Source: an uncultured Methanosarcinales archaeon
Lineage (GTDB): Archaea > Nanobdellota > Nanobdellia > Woesearchaeales > GW2011-AR9
Direction: 5' to 3'
Length of the DNA stretch: 64,000 nt
Assembly: GCA_964344235.1 (NCBI GenBank)
Contig: CAYFMJ010000002.1
Coordinates: 32,001-96,000, forward strand
The translations under genes were made by a program, and so were the position numbers. The notes beneath the pieces were generated by a model. That model worked only from the letters and a program-made list of their open reading frames with translations. It was not told where the DNA came from and ran no database searches. Positions 46,015 through 55,125 of the stretch are shown here, piece after piece (the stretch's first letter is position 1; each line of letters starts with the position of its first letter).

Positions 46015-46063
46015 TGTAATTCCTCATGTAGTTTTGTTGGTGTTATTTGAAAAAGAAAAAAAT

Positions 46064-47044
46064 TTATTGTAGAGAAACGCTTACAATTTCTGGTGGCATG
46101 TTTACATCGCTTACTGTAAGCTTAACATGCTTTGTAACGGTGTCTTTACCATCGTCTGCTGTTACAGTTATGGTATATTCTCCGTGGTCGGTGAAACCCG
46201 TTTCCCAAACACCATCATCACCAACTGGTTGACTGATTGTTAACGATACGTCATCGCCATCCAAGTCAGAGATTGTTGGTTTAATTGTGATAGTTTCCCC
46301 TTCCTGAACACTGATTGTTGATTCGATGTTTTCCAGAACAGGAAGTTCATTCACATCATTGATTGTTAAAGTGAATGTTTCCTCAGAGCTGAGTTCACCA
46401 TCGTCTGCAGTGACTGTGATACTATACTCTCCGGCACTGGTGTGGTCAGTGGCAAAGGTCCCACTTTTTAATGGTTCAGAGATAGAGACTGTTACAGCGT
46501 CGTTGTTTGGATCATTAACTGTTGGTTCGAAGTTGATTACTTCCCCTTCTTGTACCGAGAGATCTCTAATTCCTGTTAATACCGGTGGAACGTTTACTCG
46601 CTCTACGATAATGCGGATTTGTTTCGTTGTTGTTAATTGTCCGTCAGTAGCGGTGAGAGTAACCATGTACTCCCCTGCATCGCCATAGTGGGTTTGCCAT
46701 TCCCCTCGGTCGTTTACTGGAGGGGTGAAAGTATATGTTACCGGATCTTGGTCGGGGTCAGTTACATCAACATTTAATCTAACTAAACTATTTTCTTTTA
46801 CAAAAATTTCTTGCGCCTCTGTTGATTGTGTTTCTTCTAGTTCTGGTAGGATCACATCTTCTTCAACAACAAGGTCTTCCTCTTCTTGCTCCTCTAAACC
46901 TAATTCCGCTTCAATTTGCGCAATCTCATCAATGAGATCAGTATTTTCTGTTTCCTGCGGAACATCGTATGCTTTGTAGTCAAGACACCCCACTAGAAAT
47001 ATGAACATTAATATTACAGAGATAGTAATCACACTTTTTTTCAT
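46064..47044 (-). CDS. Lipoprotein with three Ig/cadherin-like repeats
   Basis: FLVGC lipobox-like motif, acidic linker, WQTHYGDAGEY / FATDHTSAGEY / WETGFTDHGEY repeats. Confidence 0.85.
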   Translation of the reverse strand: MKKSVITISVILMFIFLVGCLDYKAYDVPQETENTDLIDEIAQIEAELGLEEQEEEDLVVEEDVILPELEETQSTEAQEIFVKENSLVRLNVDVTDPDQDPVTYTFTPPVNDRGEWQTHYGDAGEYMVTLTATDGQLTTTKQIRIIVERVNVPPVLTGIRDLSVQEGEVINFEPTVNDPNNDAVTVSISEPLKSGTFATDHTSAGEYSITVTADDGELSSEETFTLTINDVNELPVLENIESTISVQEGETITIKPTISDLDGDDVSLTISQPVGDDGVWETGFTDHGEYTITVTADDGKDTVTKHVKLTVSDVNMPPEIVSVSLQ

Positions 47045-47192
47045 TCAAATACACCCCACTATTACCTATTTGTAAGTATTCTCGAATGACAACTCGTATT
47101 TAAAGATTTAGTGGGGAGAGAATATATAGTGTAGTGGTTGAGTGTGGCTCCACGATTTGTTGGGGAATATAGCGGGAAACTTTAGAAAAGTA

Positions 47193-47320
47193 TGGCCCCG
47201 CCGTGATTTGAACACGGGACCTTTATCGGAATCAATTGATTCTCACGATAGCTGACTTAAGTTGATATCAGTGTCGCATCCTTGCGGATCGTGCGCTCTA
47301 CCAAGCTAAGCCACGGGGCC
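47193..47320 (-). tRNA. tRNA-Ile(GAT) with three introns (30/31: 47289-47273; 37/38: 47265-47250; 43/44: 47243-47223)
   Basis: Acceptor GGCCCCG/CGGGGCC+A, D arm, T arm CCGTG-TTCAAAT-CACGG; removing three BHB introns gives a 74-nt tRNA with CACGA-CTGATAA-TCGTG. Confidence 0.9.
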
Positions 47321-47354
47321 GTGACTTCGAAGAATTGAGGCCTATTTTTAAACG

Positions 47355-48011
47355 TTACGCTGTTCTTAGTTGCTCTAGTGTGTCAGTGAGCCTCGCTGCA
47401 ATCTCGTCAAAATATGCTGTTGTTGCTTCTTGATTGGCATCAACATGAACAACTGGGCAGGGAGGATCGCTGATAAACCGTTCGTAGTGTGATCGTAATG
47501 CGTCTAAGTACTCTGGCTTGATACTATTTTCTCCTGTTCTGCCTCTTTGTCCGATTCTTTCAAGAAGAGTATCCGTTGTAGCATCTAAGTATACGAGAAT
47601 ATCGGGTGAAGGAATTTTTGGTTTAAATGTGTTGTAAACTGTTTGATATAATGCAAATTCATCTTCACTCATTCGCTCCAAATCTCTTTGAGTTGCGGCG
47701 AAAATATAGTCTCCTGCCATAACTCTGTCAATGATGGCGATCCCCCTTTTTCCTGCCAATACTCTTTCTCGTTCAAAATGTGATGTTAGGAACCAGATTT
47801 GCAATTTAAAAGCATGATCTTTTGGATTCTCGTAGAAGTTTCTTAATAATTTTTCATGAACATCCTCTGGAGAACCATAAACCCCACTGCCGTTTCTATA
47901 CCCCGCAGCTGCAAGAAGTCGTGCGTCGTACGGTGCTTCAGTTAATTTCTGCACGAGAGTTGACTTACCTGCACCCATAATTCCAACAACACCTATCCTC
48001 ACGTTTTTCAT
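47355..48011 (-). CDS. Deoxynucleoside kinase family protein
   Basis: GIMGAGKST, FKLQIWFL, IIDR...DYIF, PDILVYL, RIGQRGRTGE. Confidence 0.9.
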   Translation of the reverse strand: MKNVRIGVVGIMGAGKSTLVQKLTEAPYDARLLAAAGYRNGSGVYGSPEDVHEKLLRNFYENPKDHAFKLQIWFLTSHFERERVLAGKRGIAIIDRVMAGDYIFAATQRDLERMSEDEFALYQTVYNTFKPKIPSPDILVYLDATTDTLLERIGQRGRTGENSIKPEYLDALRSHYERFISDPPCPVVHVDANQEATTAYFDEIAARLTDTLEQLRTA

Positions 48012-48091
48012 ATTTTTTGGAATTACTGGTTTCTTAAAAAGTATTTGGTTATGTAGAATATTTTATAAAACACTTCTCTAAAATAACTGTT

Positions 48092-49546
48092 ATGCACTAT
48101 ACTATCTTAGATTGTTACACGGATGAAGCATCGGGGTTAGGTGTACCTCCATATCTTGGAACATATCCTCGTTATATTTTTGGGCAATTGCGAGAGGAAG
48201 GACATTCTGTCACGTACTTAACGATTGATGATTTGCGTCTGTGGAAAAGGTATGGTGGTGTAAAGAAAGAACCCAACGAGAAGCAGAAGACGAATATTTT
48301 AGTGTATAACCTAACTAAAAATAATGCAGAAGAGGTGTTGCGAAAGACTGATAGGTTGATTATTGTCTTGGGCGTTCATGTCCCTGGAAAATATTTAACT
48401 GCATTACCTGGAACATTGAAAGAAGTTGTGCCTTTAGTCAAAGGGTTCAAAAATGAAATTATTTTGACGGGTCCAGCAGTATTTGGAACACAATTGGAGG
48501 GGGGCAAGTTCTTTGAGAAAGTGAAACACGATTTTGAGATAAAAGATTATTCTATGAGTTTTGAGAAGCTAGAGAAGAACGCATTAGCTGGTGTAGAGAT
48601 TATTGAACAGATTCCAGATAGAAGAGTCATTGAAATCGAAACAGGTAGGGGATGTGCTGTTGGGAAGTGTAGTTTCTGTACGGAACCGTTGAAGAGTAAT
48701 TTTGCTAATAGAAAAATGGAAGATGTGGTTAAAGAGGTAGTTGCATTTTACAAGAAAGGGGCTCGTTATTTTCGATTAGGAAAACAAGCAGATTTCTATG
48801 CTTCTGATCGGCCGATTGAGATGTTGAAACAGATTCGGAAAAAATGTCCCCAAATAGAAGTGTTGCATATTGATAATGTCAATCCCAATTCTGTGGTGAA
48901 GAAAGGAGGAGAAGAAATAACAAAAGCGATTGTGAAATATTGCACCTCTGGAAATATCGCAGCGTTTGGAGTTGAATCGTTTGATAAAGATGTTGTGAAA
49001 GGAAATTTATTGAACACAGCGCCATTAGTAGCGATGAAAGCAATCCGGTTGATCAATAAATATGGCGCGGTAAGGGGAGAAAATGGTATGCATGCGTTTT
49101 TGCCAGGGATCAATATTATTTTTGGGTTGTTGCAGGAAACAAAGCAAACGCATGTAAAGAACATGGAGGCATTGCAAGCAGTGATGGATGAAGAGTTGTT
49201 GCTACGGCGAATTAATATTCGACAGGTAGCAGTGTTACCTGATACGTTTTTAGAGAAGCATGGAGGAAATAAGTATTTACGGAAGAATAAACATCTATAC
49301 TGGAAATGGCGGAATGATATCCGTCAGAAGATTGATTTTGAGATGTTGAAACGGTTAGTTCCAGTGGGAACGGTGTTAACAGATGTATTTACAGAGATGT
49401 ATGATGGGAAAACAACGTTTTGTAGGCAGATGGGAACGTATCCCTTAGTGATTGGAGTGAAAGGAAGATTGCCGCTAGAGGAGAGAATTTCTGTTAAAGT
49501 TGTTGGGCATATGTTACGGAGTATTGTAGCAGAAGTTGTGGAGTAA
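48092..49546 (+). CDS. Radical SAM protein, conserved archaeal family (C-terminal TRAM-like)
   Basis: ILDCYTDEASGLGVPPYLGTYPRY, ETGRGCAVGKCSFCTEP, HIDNVNP, RQMGTYP. Confidence 0.88.
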   Translation: MHYTILDCYTDEASGLGVPPYLGTYPRYIFGQLREEGHSVTYLTIDDLRLWKRYGGVKKEPNEKQKTNILVYNLTKNNAEEVLRKTDRLIIVLGVHVPGKYLTALPGTLKEVVPLVKGFKNEIILTGPAVFGTQLEGGKFFEKVKHDFEIKDYSMSFEKLEKNALAGVEIIEQIPDRRVIEIETGRGCAVGKCSFCTEPLKSNFANRKMEDVVKEVVAFYKKGARYFRLGKQADFYASDRPIEMLKQIRKKCPQIEVLHIDNVNPNSVVKKGGEEITKAIVKYCTSGNIAAFGVESFDKDVVKGNLLNTAPLVAMKAIRLINKYGAVRGENGMHAFLPGINIIFGLLQETKQTHVKNMEALQAVMDEELLLRRINIRQVAVLPDTFLEKHGGNKYLRKNKHLYWKWRNDIRQKIDFEMLKRLVPVGTVLTDVFTEMYDGKTTFCRQMGTYPLVIGVKGRLPLEERISVKVVGHMLRSIVAEVVE

Positions 49547-49607
49547 AAGAAACTAGATACGTGTGTTTTCAAGAAATTTTTAAAAAAAGCTTATTTTTAG
49601 ATTAACT

Positions 49608-50069
49608 ATGAGGCTTCATATCTTAAGTGCTAGGGAAGCCAAGGGATTTGTGCCGGAAGACCCAACACTGGTGATTCGATGTCGATCCCCTGGTGAACGT
49701 GAGATTTATCCATTACGAGACTCTGACCTATTCAAAGTTAGGGTGTACTACTTTGCTGATATTGATATAACTTTCGGTGGTAGAGCTGATGCAGACAACG
49801 TCTTCAATGATGAAATAGCACGGGAATTACTTCGTAATTTCTATGAGGATCGTACGCTTCCCCATAAATCTGGTGATCATTATGGGGCCCTTCTTGTGCA
49901 TTGTCGAGAGGGATTTCATAGGAGTCCAGCTGTGGCTATTGCATTAAATACTTGCTTTGATCTTGGTTATAATTTTAGGAGTTTGATGAGAGAATATCCC
50001 CAATATAATAGGCATGTGTACGAAACCCTTCTAAGATGTTTTCAAGGGGGGGGGTTGGTGAATGATTGA
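49608..50069 (+). CDS. Protein-tyrosine/dual-specificity phosphatase-like protein
   Basis: CX5R(S) P-loop LVHCREGFHRSPAVAIAL; upstream FADID and FNDEIA. Confidence 0.78.
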   Translation: MRLHILSAREAKGFVPEDPTLVIRCRSPGEREIYPLRDSDLFKVRVYYFADIDITFGGRADADNVFNDEIARELLRNFYEDRTLPHKSGDHYGALLVHCREGFHRSPAVAIALNTCFDLGYNFRSLMREYPQYNRHVYETLLRCFQGGGLVND

Positions 50070-50122
50070 AATGCCAAGATATCGTCAAAGAATTTAAAAA
50101 AGCCGTTCATTTTGAGTACTCT

Positions 50123-50239
50123 ATGGTGGATTATAACATTGTGAAGTATTGTCGCTTGTGTAAAGCTCGATTTGTTGTTAATAAGAAAGAATCGCGGAAG
50201 AGCTGTTGTATGGGTTGTTTAGCGAAGAGTGGGAAGTGA
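50123..50239 (+). CDS. 38-aa zinc-finger microprotein (not in ORF track)
   Basis: MVDYNIVKYCRLCKARFVVNKKESRKSCCMGCLAKSGK; TTTAAAAA box about 22 nt upstream. Confidence 0.65.
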   Translation: MVDYNIVKYCRLCKARFVVNKKESRKSCCMGCLAKSGK

Positions 50240-50241
50240 GG

Positions 50242-50916
50242 TTATCTGAAGTTCTTGAATGAATGTGTAATATATTGTGTGTAGCTTTCACCCTCTTTAA
50301 TCAGATCACTTACGGCAATGCTAAAACCAGGTGTCTGGATGATTTTTAGCGTTTGTATTATATGGGGGAGGGGTTTCGTTGCTCCAAATGGTTCTATTGG
50401 AATCCATTCTCCGTTTGTTGCAGTGTCCTTAGGGTTCTCCGAGAGAAAGACATGTAAATGATGGTGCATAATTAATTCGTTATCCTCTTTTGTTTGAATA
50501 AATTGGATGCCTTTGTATGTTACACTTCCTGTTAACCCTAATTTGCTCTTAAGCCTGTCTTGTGCTGCTTCTTCAAGTGTTTCGTGAAGATATATTTTAG
50601 AACTGCAAAATTCTTGGTAGCTTTTGTAGGGTTCTTTTTCTCTCGTCATAATCAGAACTTTGTCGCTTTGCTTTGCGACAACAAGAACAACAACTAAAGG
50701 TTGTGGTGACTTAAGATGTAGATAGTCAATTGTTTTGATTCCCTGTAGGCTCAGTTTGTAACCCTGCTGTTTTTTCTCTACTAATCCCTTTTTCTCTAAT
50801 TCTCTAAGATGATAGGCAAATTTAGAAGAGTCTCCTTGTTTATTCCAGAGTTGGTTGTATGAGAGAAATGCTTGGTAGCGTAATTTGTACAGAATTTCAC
50901 GTTGTATTTGATTCAT
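50242..50916 (-). CDS. wHTH plus NUDIX-like domain protein
   Basis: N-terminal FAYHLRELEKKGLVEK wHTH; degenerate Nudix box ETLEEAAQDRL. Confidence 0.75.
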   Translation of the reverse strand: MNQIQREILYKLRYQAFLSYNQLWNKQGDSSKFAYHLRELEKKGLVEKKQQGYKLSLQGIKTIDYLHLKSPQPLVVVLVVAKQSDKVLIMTREKEPYKSYQEFCSSKIYLHETLEEAAQDRLKSKLGLTGSVTYKGIQFIQTKEDNELIMHHHLHVFLSENPKDTATNGEWIPIEPFGATKPLPHIIQTLKIIQTPGFSIAVSDLIKEGESYTQYITHSFKNFR

Positions 50917-50959
50917 GTAAAATTGGTTGGATTACCTGTATATAAAGAAGTATGTAAAA

Positions 50960-51208
50960 TTAAATTGACAAATCGTTACTGATGAGATCAATTTCGTAGG
51001 CTCGTGGTGGCTTTCCTCTATTATCGTATCTCTTGGTGGATTCGTATGGTACACCTAACTCTTGCAAACCCTCTTCTAGAGGTTTAGGTATTTCGCCATC
51101 ACATAGAATAATCACCCTCTCTTGACGATCGTCTTCAACAACGTGTAGCCTAACCTCTGTAAGTAAGTCCCTAAGATTGTAGCTTACTCTTTTGTAGGGC
51201 GTAGCCAT
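50960..51208 (-). CDS. Hypothetical protein (orphan)
   Basis: Probable start ATG 51208 (MATPYKRV...) about 25 nt after a TTTAAA box; the ORF-track extension overlaps the divergent promoter and gene. Confidence 0.55.
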   Translation of the reverse strand: MATPYKRVSYNLRDLLTEVRLHVVEDDRQERVIILCDGEIPKPLEEGLQELGVPYESTKRYDNRGKPPRAYEIDLISNDLSI

Positions 51209-51293
51209 TAAAGCTTTTGGAATACTTTTTTTGTTTAAATGTAAATCGGTACTGGAGAAAATGTTTATTAATTGTATTGTTTTTCTTTGTGGC

Positions 51294-51764
51294 ATGGATC
51301 CGCATACACATTTCTTATTTCCGTTTGTTATTGGTGTTATTTTTGTTGAACTTGGTGTGTTCACATGGCCATTAGCAATTCTTGCAGGGGTAGTTGGAAT
51401 GTTGATAGATGTTGATCATTATGTTGAAAATATTGTGCATAGTAAAAAGAATCGCTTTTCTCTGAGAGCTGCGTGGAATAATGCTGTAAAATATCATCGG
51501 TTTAATCAGAGGAGCTTTATCCATTATGGAATTGGTGTTTTAATTTTGACAGGGATTTTTATGGTTGTTGCAGTATTTTCTTGGAAAATTGCGTTGGCTG
51601 TAGCGATTGGGTATTATTCTCACATAATTTTAGATTACTCGCATTTGAAGAACGAGGAACATTTTCGCTGGAAACTGGGGTCGTTGTATATGAAAGAGCA
51701 AGTTGGGGAAGCTATCTTGGATGTTTTTCTCGTTGCTTTGTTAGTTTTAGTTCTTTTTTTTTAG
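51294..51764 (+). CDS. Membrane-bound metal-dependent hydrolase (YdjM-like)
   Basis: HTH(F), LIDVDH, RSFIH, GYYSHIILD; several TM helices. Confidence 0.82.
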   Translation: MDPHTHFLFPFVIGVIFVELGVFTWPLAILAGVVGMLIDVDHYVENIVHSKKNRFSLRAAWNNAVKYHRFNQRSFIHYGIGVLILTGIFMVVAVFSWKIALAVAIGYYSHIILDYSHLKNEEHFRWKLGSLYMKEQVGEAILDVFLVALLVLVLFF

Positions 51765-51822
51765 TTGCTTATCCTCTATTTACATCAAAAAACTTAAAAG
51801 CGAAGAAACAATGCTTGTATAT

Positions 51823-52383
51823 ATGAAAGAGGTGATGTTAAAGGAGATTCTGAAGAATCTCTCTCGCACGATTGAAATTCTGGAAAAAAGAGATGCGAAG
51901 GACTCTGAAGAGTTGCGAGAGTTAAGCGATAAAGCGATTGAAGGCGTTGCGCTGTATAAAGATTTGGATATGATCTCGGTGACAGTATTAATTTATTCTA
52001 TTTACAAAGTATTGTTTTGTTTAGATGCAGAGAATTATGAGAAAATTTTGAAGGAGTTACAATTTGCACGTAAACATTTACAGAGTAGGCGATTTGGGAT
52101 GTATAATCGTTCGATTAAGAGGTTATACCGAGTAATCCAACATTGTAATGCGTCTGTGAAAGAACATTTACAGGACGTGATGCAAGCAGCGCGTGTGAAG
52201 AAGGGAATGGTGTTGTTGCAGAAAGGGTTGTCAATAGGTCAAGCAGCGGGGTTAATGGGTTTATCGAACTGGGATTTACAGAAATATGCAGCAGGAACAC
52301 CGGCACTTACGGGACATTCTGAGAAAATTCATGCTCATAAGCGGTTAGAGAAAGCAATGAAGTTATTTGGGGTGCAAGGATGA
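51823..52383 (+). CDS. Helical protein with C-terminal UPF0175-like HTH (putative antitoxin)
   Basis: GLSIGQAAGLMGLSNWDL resembles the UPF0175 motif; coupled by ATGA overlap to the PIN gene. Confidence 0.7.
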   Translation: MKEVMLKEILKNLSRTIEILEKRDAKDSEELRELSDKAIEGVALYKDLDMISVTVLIYSIYKVLFCLDAENYEKILKELQFARKHLQSRRFGMYNRSIKRLYRVIQHCNASVKEHLQDVMQAARVKKGMVLLQKGLSIGQAAGLMGLSNWDLQKYAAGTPALTGHSEKIHAHKRLEKAMKLFGVQG

Positions 52384-53063
52384 AAGCACTTTTCTTTGAT
52401 GCTGGTCCCGTGATTACGCTTGTTATGTCGCGGTTAGGATGGATTTTGCCTAAATTAAAAGAACAATTTGGTGGGAAGTTCTACATCACACCTGCGGTTA
52501 AGTTTGAATTAATTGATCGACCATTACAAACGAAACGGTTTGCGTTAGAAGCAATGGAAGTAATGAAGTTAATTCGTGAAGGAGTGTTTGAAGTGTATGA
52601 AAACGTGCCACAGCAGAAAGGTATGGCTTTGAAAAAATTGGCGAATAGTGCATTTTCTGTTGGCAGAAAAACAATGGATATTATGCAAGCTGGGGAAGTA
52701 GAATCAGTAACAACAGCGTTACAAGTTGGGGGAGCTGTGGTAATGGATGAGAGAACGTTACGGTTATTTATTGAGAATTATAAACAAATGGAGAGGTTGC
52801 TTGAACGACGATTTAGAAGAAATGTTGTGGCGAATGAAGCAAGGATGAAACGGTTTAGTGATCAGTTGAAAGGTATTACAATTATTCGTTCGATTGAACT
52901 TATTGGTGTTGCGTATAAGTTAAGGATGCTAGAAGATTATGTTCCTACACAGAAGTATGGTAGGCGGGTGTTAGTTGATGCGTTATTGTGGGCTGCGAAA
53001 ACGAATGGGTGTGCGGTTACAGAACATGAGATTGAAGAATTGAAGAGTTATTTGTTGAAGTGA
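52380..53063 (+). CDS. PIN-domain protein (DUF3368-like, putative ribonuclease toxin)
   Basis: FFDAGPVI, ITPAVKFEL, GEVES, VMDERT acidic PIN residues. Confidence 0.78.
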   Translation: MKALFFDAGPVITLVMSRLGWILPKLKEQFGGKFYITPAVKFELIDRPLQTKRFALEAMEVMKLIREGVFEVYENVPQQKGMALKKLANSAFSVGRKTMDIMQAGEVESVTTALQVGGAVVMDERTLRLFIENYKQMERLLERRFRRNVVANEARMKRFSDQLKGITIIRSIELIGVAYKLRMLEDYVPTQKYGRRVLVDALLWAAKTNGCAVTEHEIEELKSYLLK

Positions 53064-53112
53064 TTGTTTGGTACGTGTTGTTGGCACTAATGTTTAAATA
53101 GAAGTCAACTTT

Positions 53113-54015
53113 ATGTTGTTTATGATTAACATTGATGAAGAGGTCTCGAAGAAAATAGGTACGTTAATTTCAAGAATAGATATTAAAAGATCTCAAGATA
53201 CTCCTAAAGATGACAACTTAGAATATGAGAGACTATTGTGGATTATTCACACAGTAATTGCTCATCAGATGAATTCATTCTTTCTAGAAAAAGCTTTGAG
53301 AAAAATTCCTAAAGAAAACTTTAATTCTCATTATTTGGAAAAAATTGGTGTTGATGAGGTAAGAAAATTATTGAAAGGTTATCACAAACCCGAGAGAATT
53401 CTTTCTGAAGAGAGGACTAAAATGATTAATGATTTTTGTAAAGTTTTGAACAATAATTTTGATGGAGAAATAAGTGTTCTTCTTGGCAAATCAAATTTCA
53501 AAGTAGTTGATTTTAGGAGGAATTTAGATCACTTCAAAGCTTTTTCAGAAGATCCATTGAGAAAGAAGTCAAATATTCTAATTCAGTTACTTTCTCGGTT
53601 TAATCTTGTTGATTTTAAAGATCCTAAAAACATTAATCCAGCAATTGATTATCATTTGATTCGATTATCATTGAGAAATGGAAGGATAAAAATTAAGGAT
53701 AAAGAGTTGAAATCTAAGATTATTCAGCAAAAACCAATAACTAAAAAAGAAGATAAACTAATTCGTGAAAAAGTAATTGAAGCATTTAGGATAACTCAAA
53801 AAGCAAGTAGTAGGACAATACCGGAGTTAAACTGGATTGAATGGCATATTGCTAGAAGTATTTGTATTCGTGATGAACCACTGTGTAATTTGGACGAAAA
53901 TAATGTTAGTGAATTCTTGGATTTTGAGTCTGAAAAGAAATGTCCATTGTTTGAGTTTTGTGAAAAGAATAAGGAATATCTTAGAGAACCATTTTTTGAG
54001 ACTTCATTTTATTAG
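53113..54015 (+). CDS. Helical DNA glycosylase-superfamily (HhH-GPD/EndoIII-like) protein with Fe-S loop
   Basis: DPLRKKSNI, PAIDYHLIRL, WHIARSICIRDEPLC...CPLFEFC; visibly AT-rich. Confidence 0.65.
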   Translation: MLFMINIDEEVSKKIGTLISRIDIKRSQDTPKDDNLEYERLLWIIHTVIAHQMNSFFLEKALRKIPKENFNSHYLEKIGVDEVRKLLKGYHKPERILSEERTKMINDFCKVLNNNFDGEISVLLGKSNFKVVDFRRNLDHFKAFSEDPLRKKSNILIQLLSRFNLVDFKDPKNINPAIDYHLIRLSLRNGRIKIKDKELKSKIIQQKPITKKEDKLIREKVIEAFRITQKASSRTIPELNWIEWHIARSICIRDEPLCNLDENNVSEFLDFESEKKCPLFEFCEKNKEYLREPFFETSFY

Positions 54016-54086
54016 GATAGGAGTTCTTATTCTTCTACCTGTTTTTCCGCTATCTTTTTAAATTAGAATTGGTTTAACGAGGAATA

Positions 54087-54293
54087 ATGGTGAAACGATG
54101 TATTGTCTGCAGTATTGAAGCGTCGTACAAAATTAAAGATACGTCTGATTACTATTGCAAAGAATGTGCTGAAGAAAATTTTGCAGATCTTTCGATGTTA
54201 ATAACAGTGCAAGAGGAAGCACAACGGTTAAAGGAATTTATTAAAGAGAGAATTGAGAATGAATTTGAAACAATTGAGCCTCGGCAAGGTTAA
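54087..54293 (+). CDS. Small zinc-finger protein
   Basis: CIVC...YCKEC followed by a coiled coil. Confidence 0.7.
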   Translation: MVKRCIVCSIEASYKIKDTSDYYCKECAEENFADLSMLITVQEEAQRLKEFIKERIENEFETIEPRQG

Positions 54294-54891
54294 GACTTCT
54301 ACGATTGAGTTAGTGGACATTAGCAAGGCATGGATTGCAATCTCTGTAGCGTTTGCGTTTGTGTTTTCAGGTGTTACGTTATTTCGTGGTAATGTCGGAA
54401 GTGTTTTTTCATTGCAGTTTTTGATAGTGTTTTTAATTTCTTTATTTACAGCTGGTTTAGGTTTTTTATTGCACGAGTTGGGACATAAATTTGTTGCGCA
54501 ACGGTATGGTTGTGCTGCAGAGTTTAGAGCGTTTGATCAAATGTTGTATTTAGCAGTTGGTTTAGCGTTATTTGTAGGATTTATTTTTGCAGCTCCTGGT
54601 GCAGTAATGATTTCTGGTCGTGTAACATTACGAGAGAATGGAGTCATCAGTATGGCGGGACCGATTGTTAATTATGTTTTAGCGATGACTTTCCTCGGTT
54701 TATTGTTTGTCTTTCCTGCATGGGCGTTAGTGTTTTCATTAGGTTTTCAAATTAATATGTGGTTAGGATTGTTTAACATGATACCGTTCGGAAACTTTGA
54801 TGGGATTAAGATTTTCCGTTGGAATCCGTATGTTTGGAGCGCAATGGTTGCGTTTGGGATTTATTTTACGTTTTTCTTTCGAGGGTTTTAG
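54259..54891 (+). CDS. Site-2 protease (peptidase M50) family membrane protein
   Basis: HELGHK, FAAPGAV, AGPIVN, FNMIPFGNFDG. Confidence 0.92.
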   Translation: MNLKQLSLGKVKTSTIELVDISKAWIAISVAFAFVFSGVTLFRGNVGSVFSLQFLIVFLISLFTAGLGFLLHELGHKFVAQRYGCAAEFRAFDQMLYLAVGLALFVGFIFAAPGAVMISGRVTLRENGVISMAGPIVNYVLAMTFLGLLFVFPAWALVFSLGFQINMWLGLFNMIPFGNFDGIKIFRWNPYVWSAMVAFGIYFTFFFRGF

Positions 54892-54980
54892 ACGTATTTA
54901 TCCTCGATAAATGACGAAACGTTTATATACATGTTCTTCTTTTAGCGAGGAATAGGTGTTTTTCTTTCAAAAAAAAGAAG

Positions 54981-55115
54981 GTGATACAATTGAAACAACA
55001 CATATTTCAGGAAGTTAAGAAGTTTAAAATTCAGCGGTGTTGTAAAGGATGCGGCAATAGAATCGTCGTTGAAAATGCAAATCGTTATTATTGCACGGGT
55101 TGCCGTGGTTACTAA
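54981..55115 (+). CDS. 44-aa zinc-finger microprotein (not in ORF track)
   Basis: ...RCCKGCGNRIVVENANRYYCTGCRGY; AGAAGGTGA SD/GTG start; BRE-TATA at about 54913-54927. Confidence 0.65.
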   Translation: MIQLKQHIFQEVKKFKIQRCCKGCGNRIVVENANRYYCTGCRGY

Positions 55116-55125
55116 GTTCTTTTTT

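Noticed and set aside
48092-49546. Non-canonical CX4CX2C radical SAM motif as a novelty
   Set aside because: Expanded spacing between the first two Cys is, as I recall, typical of this archaeal family and is not specific to this genome.
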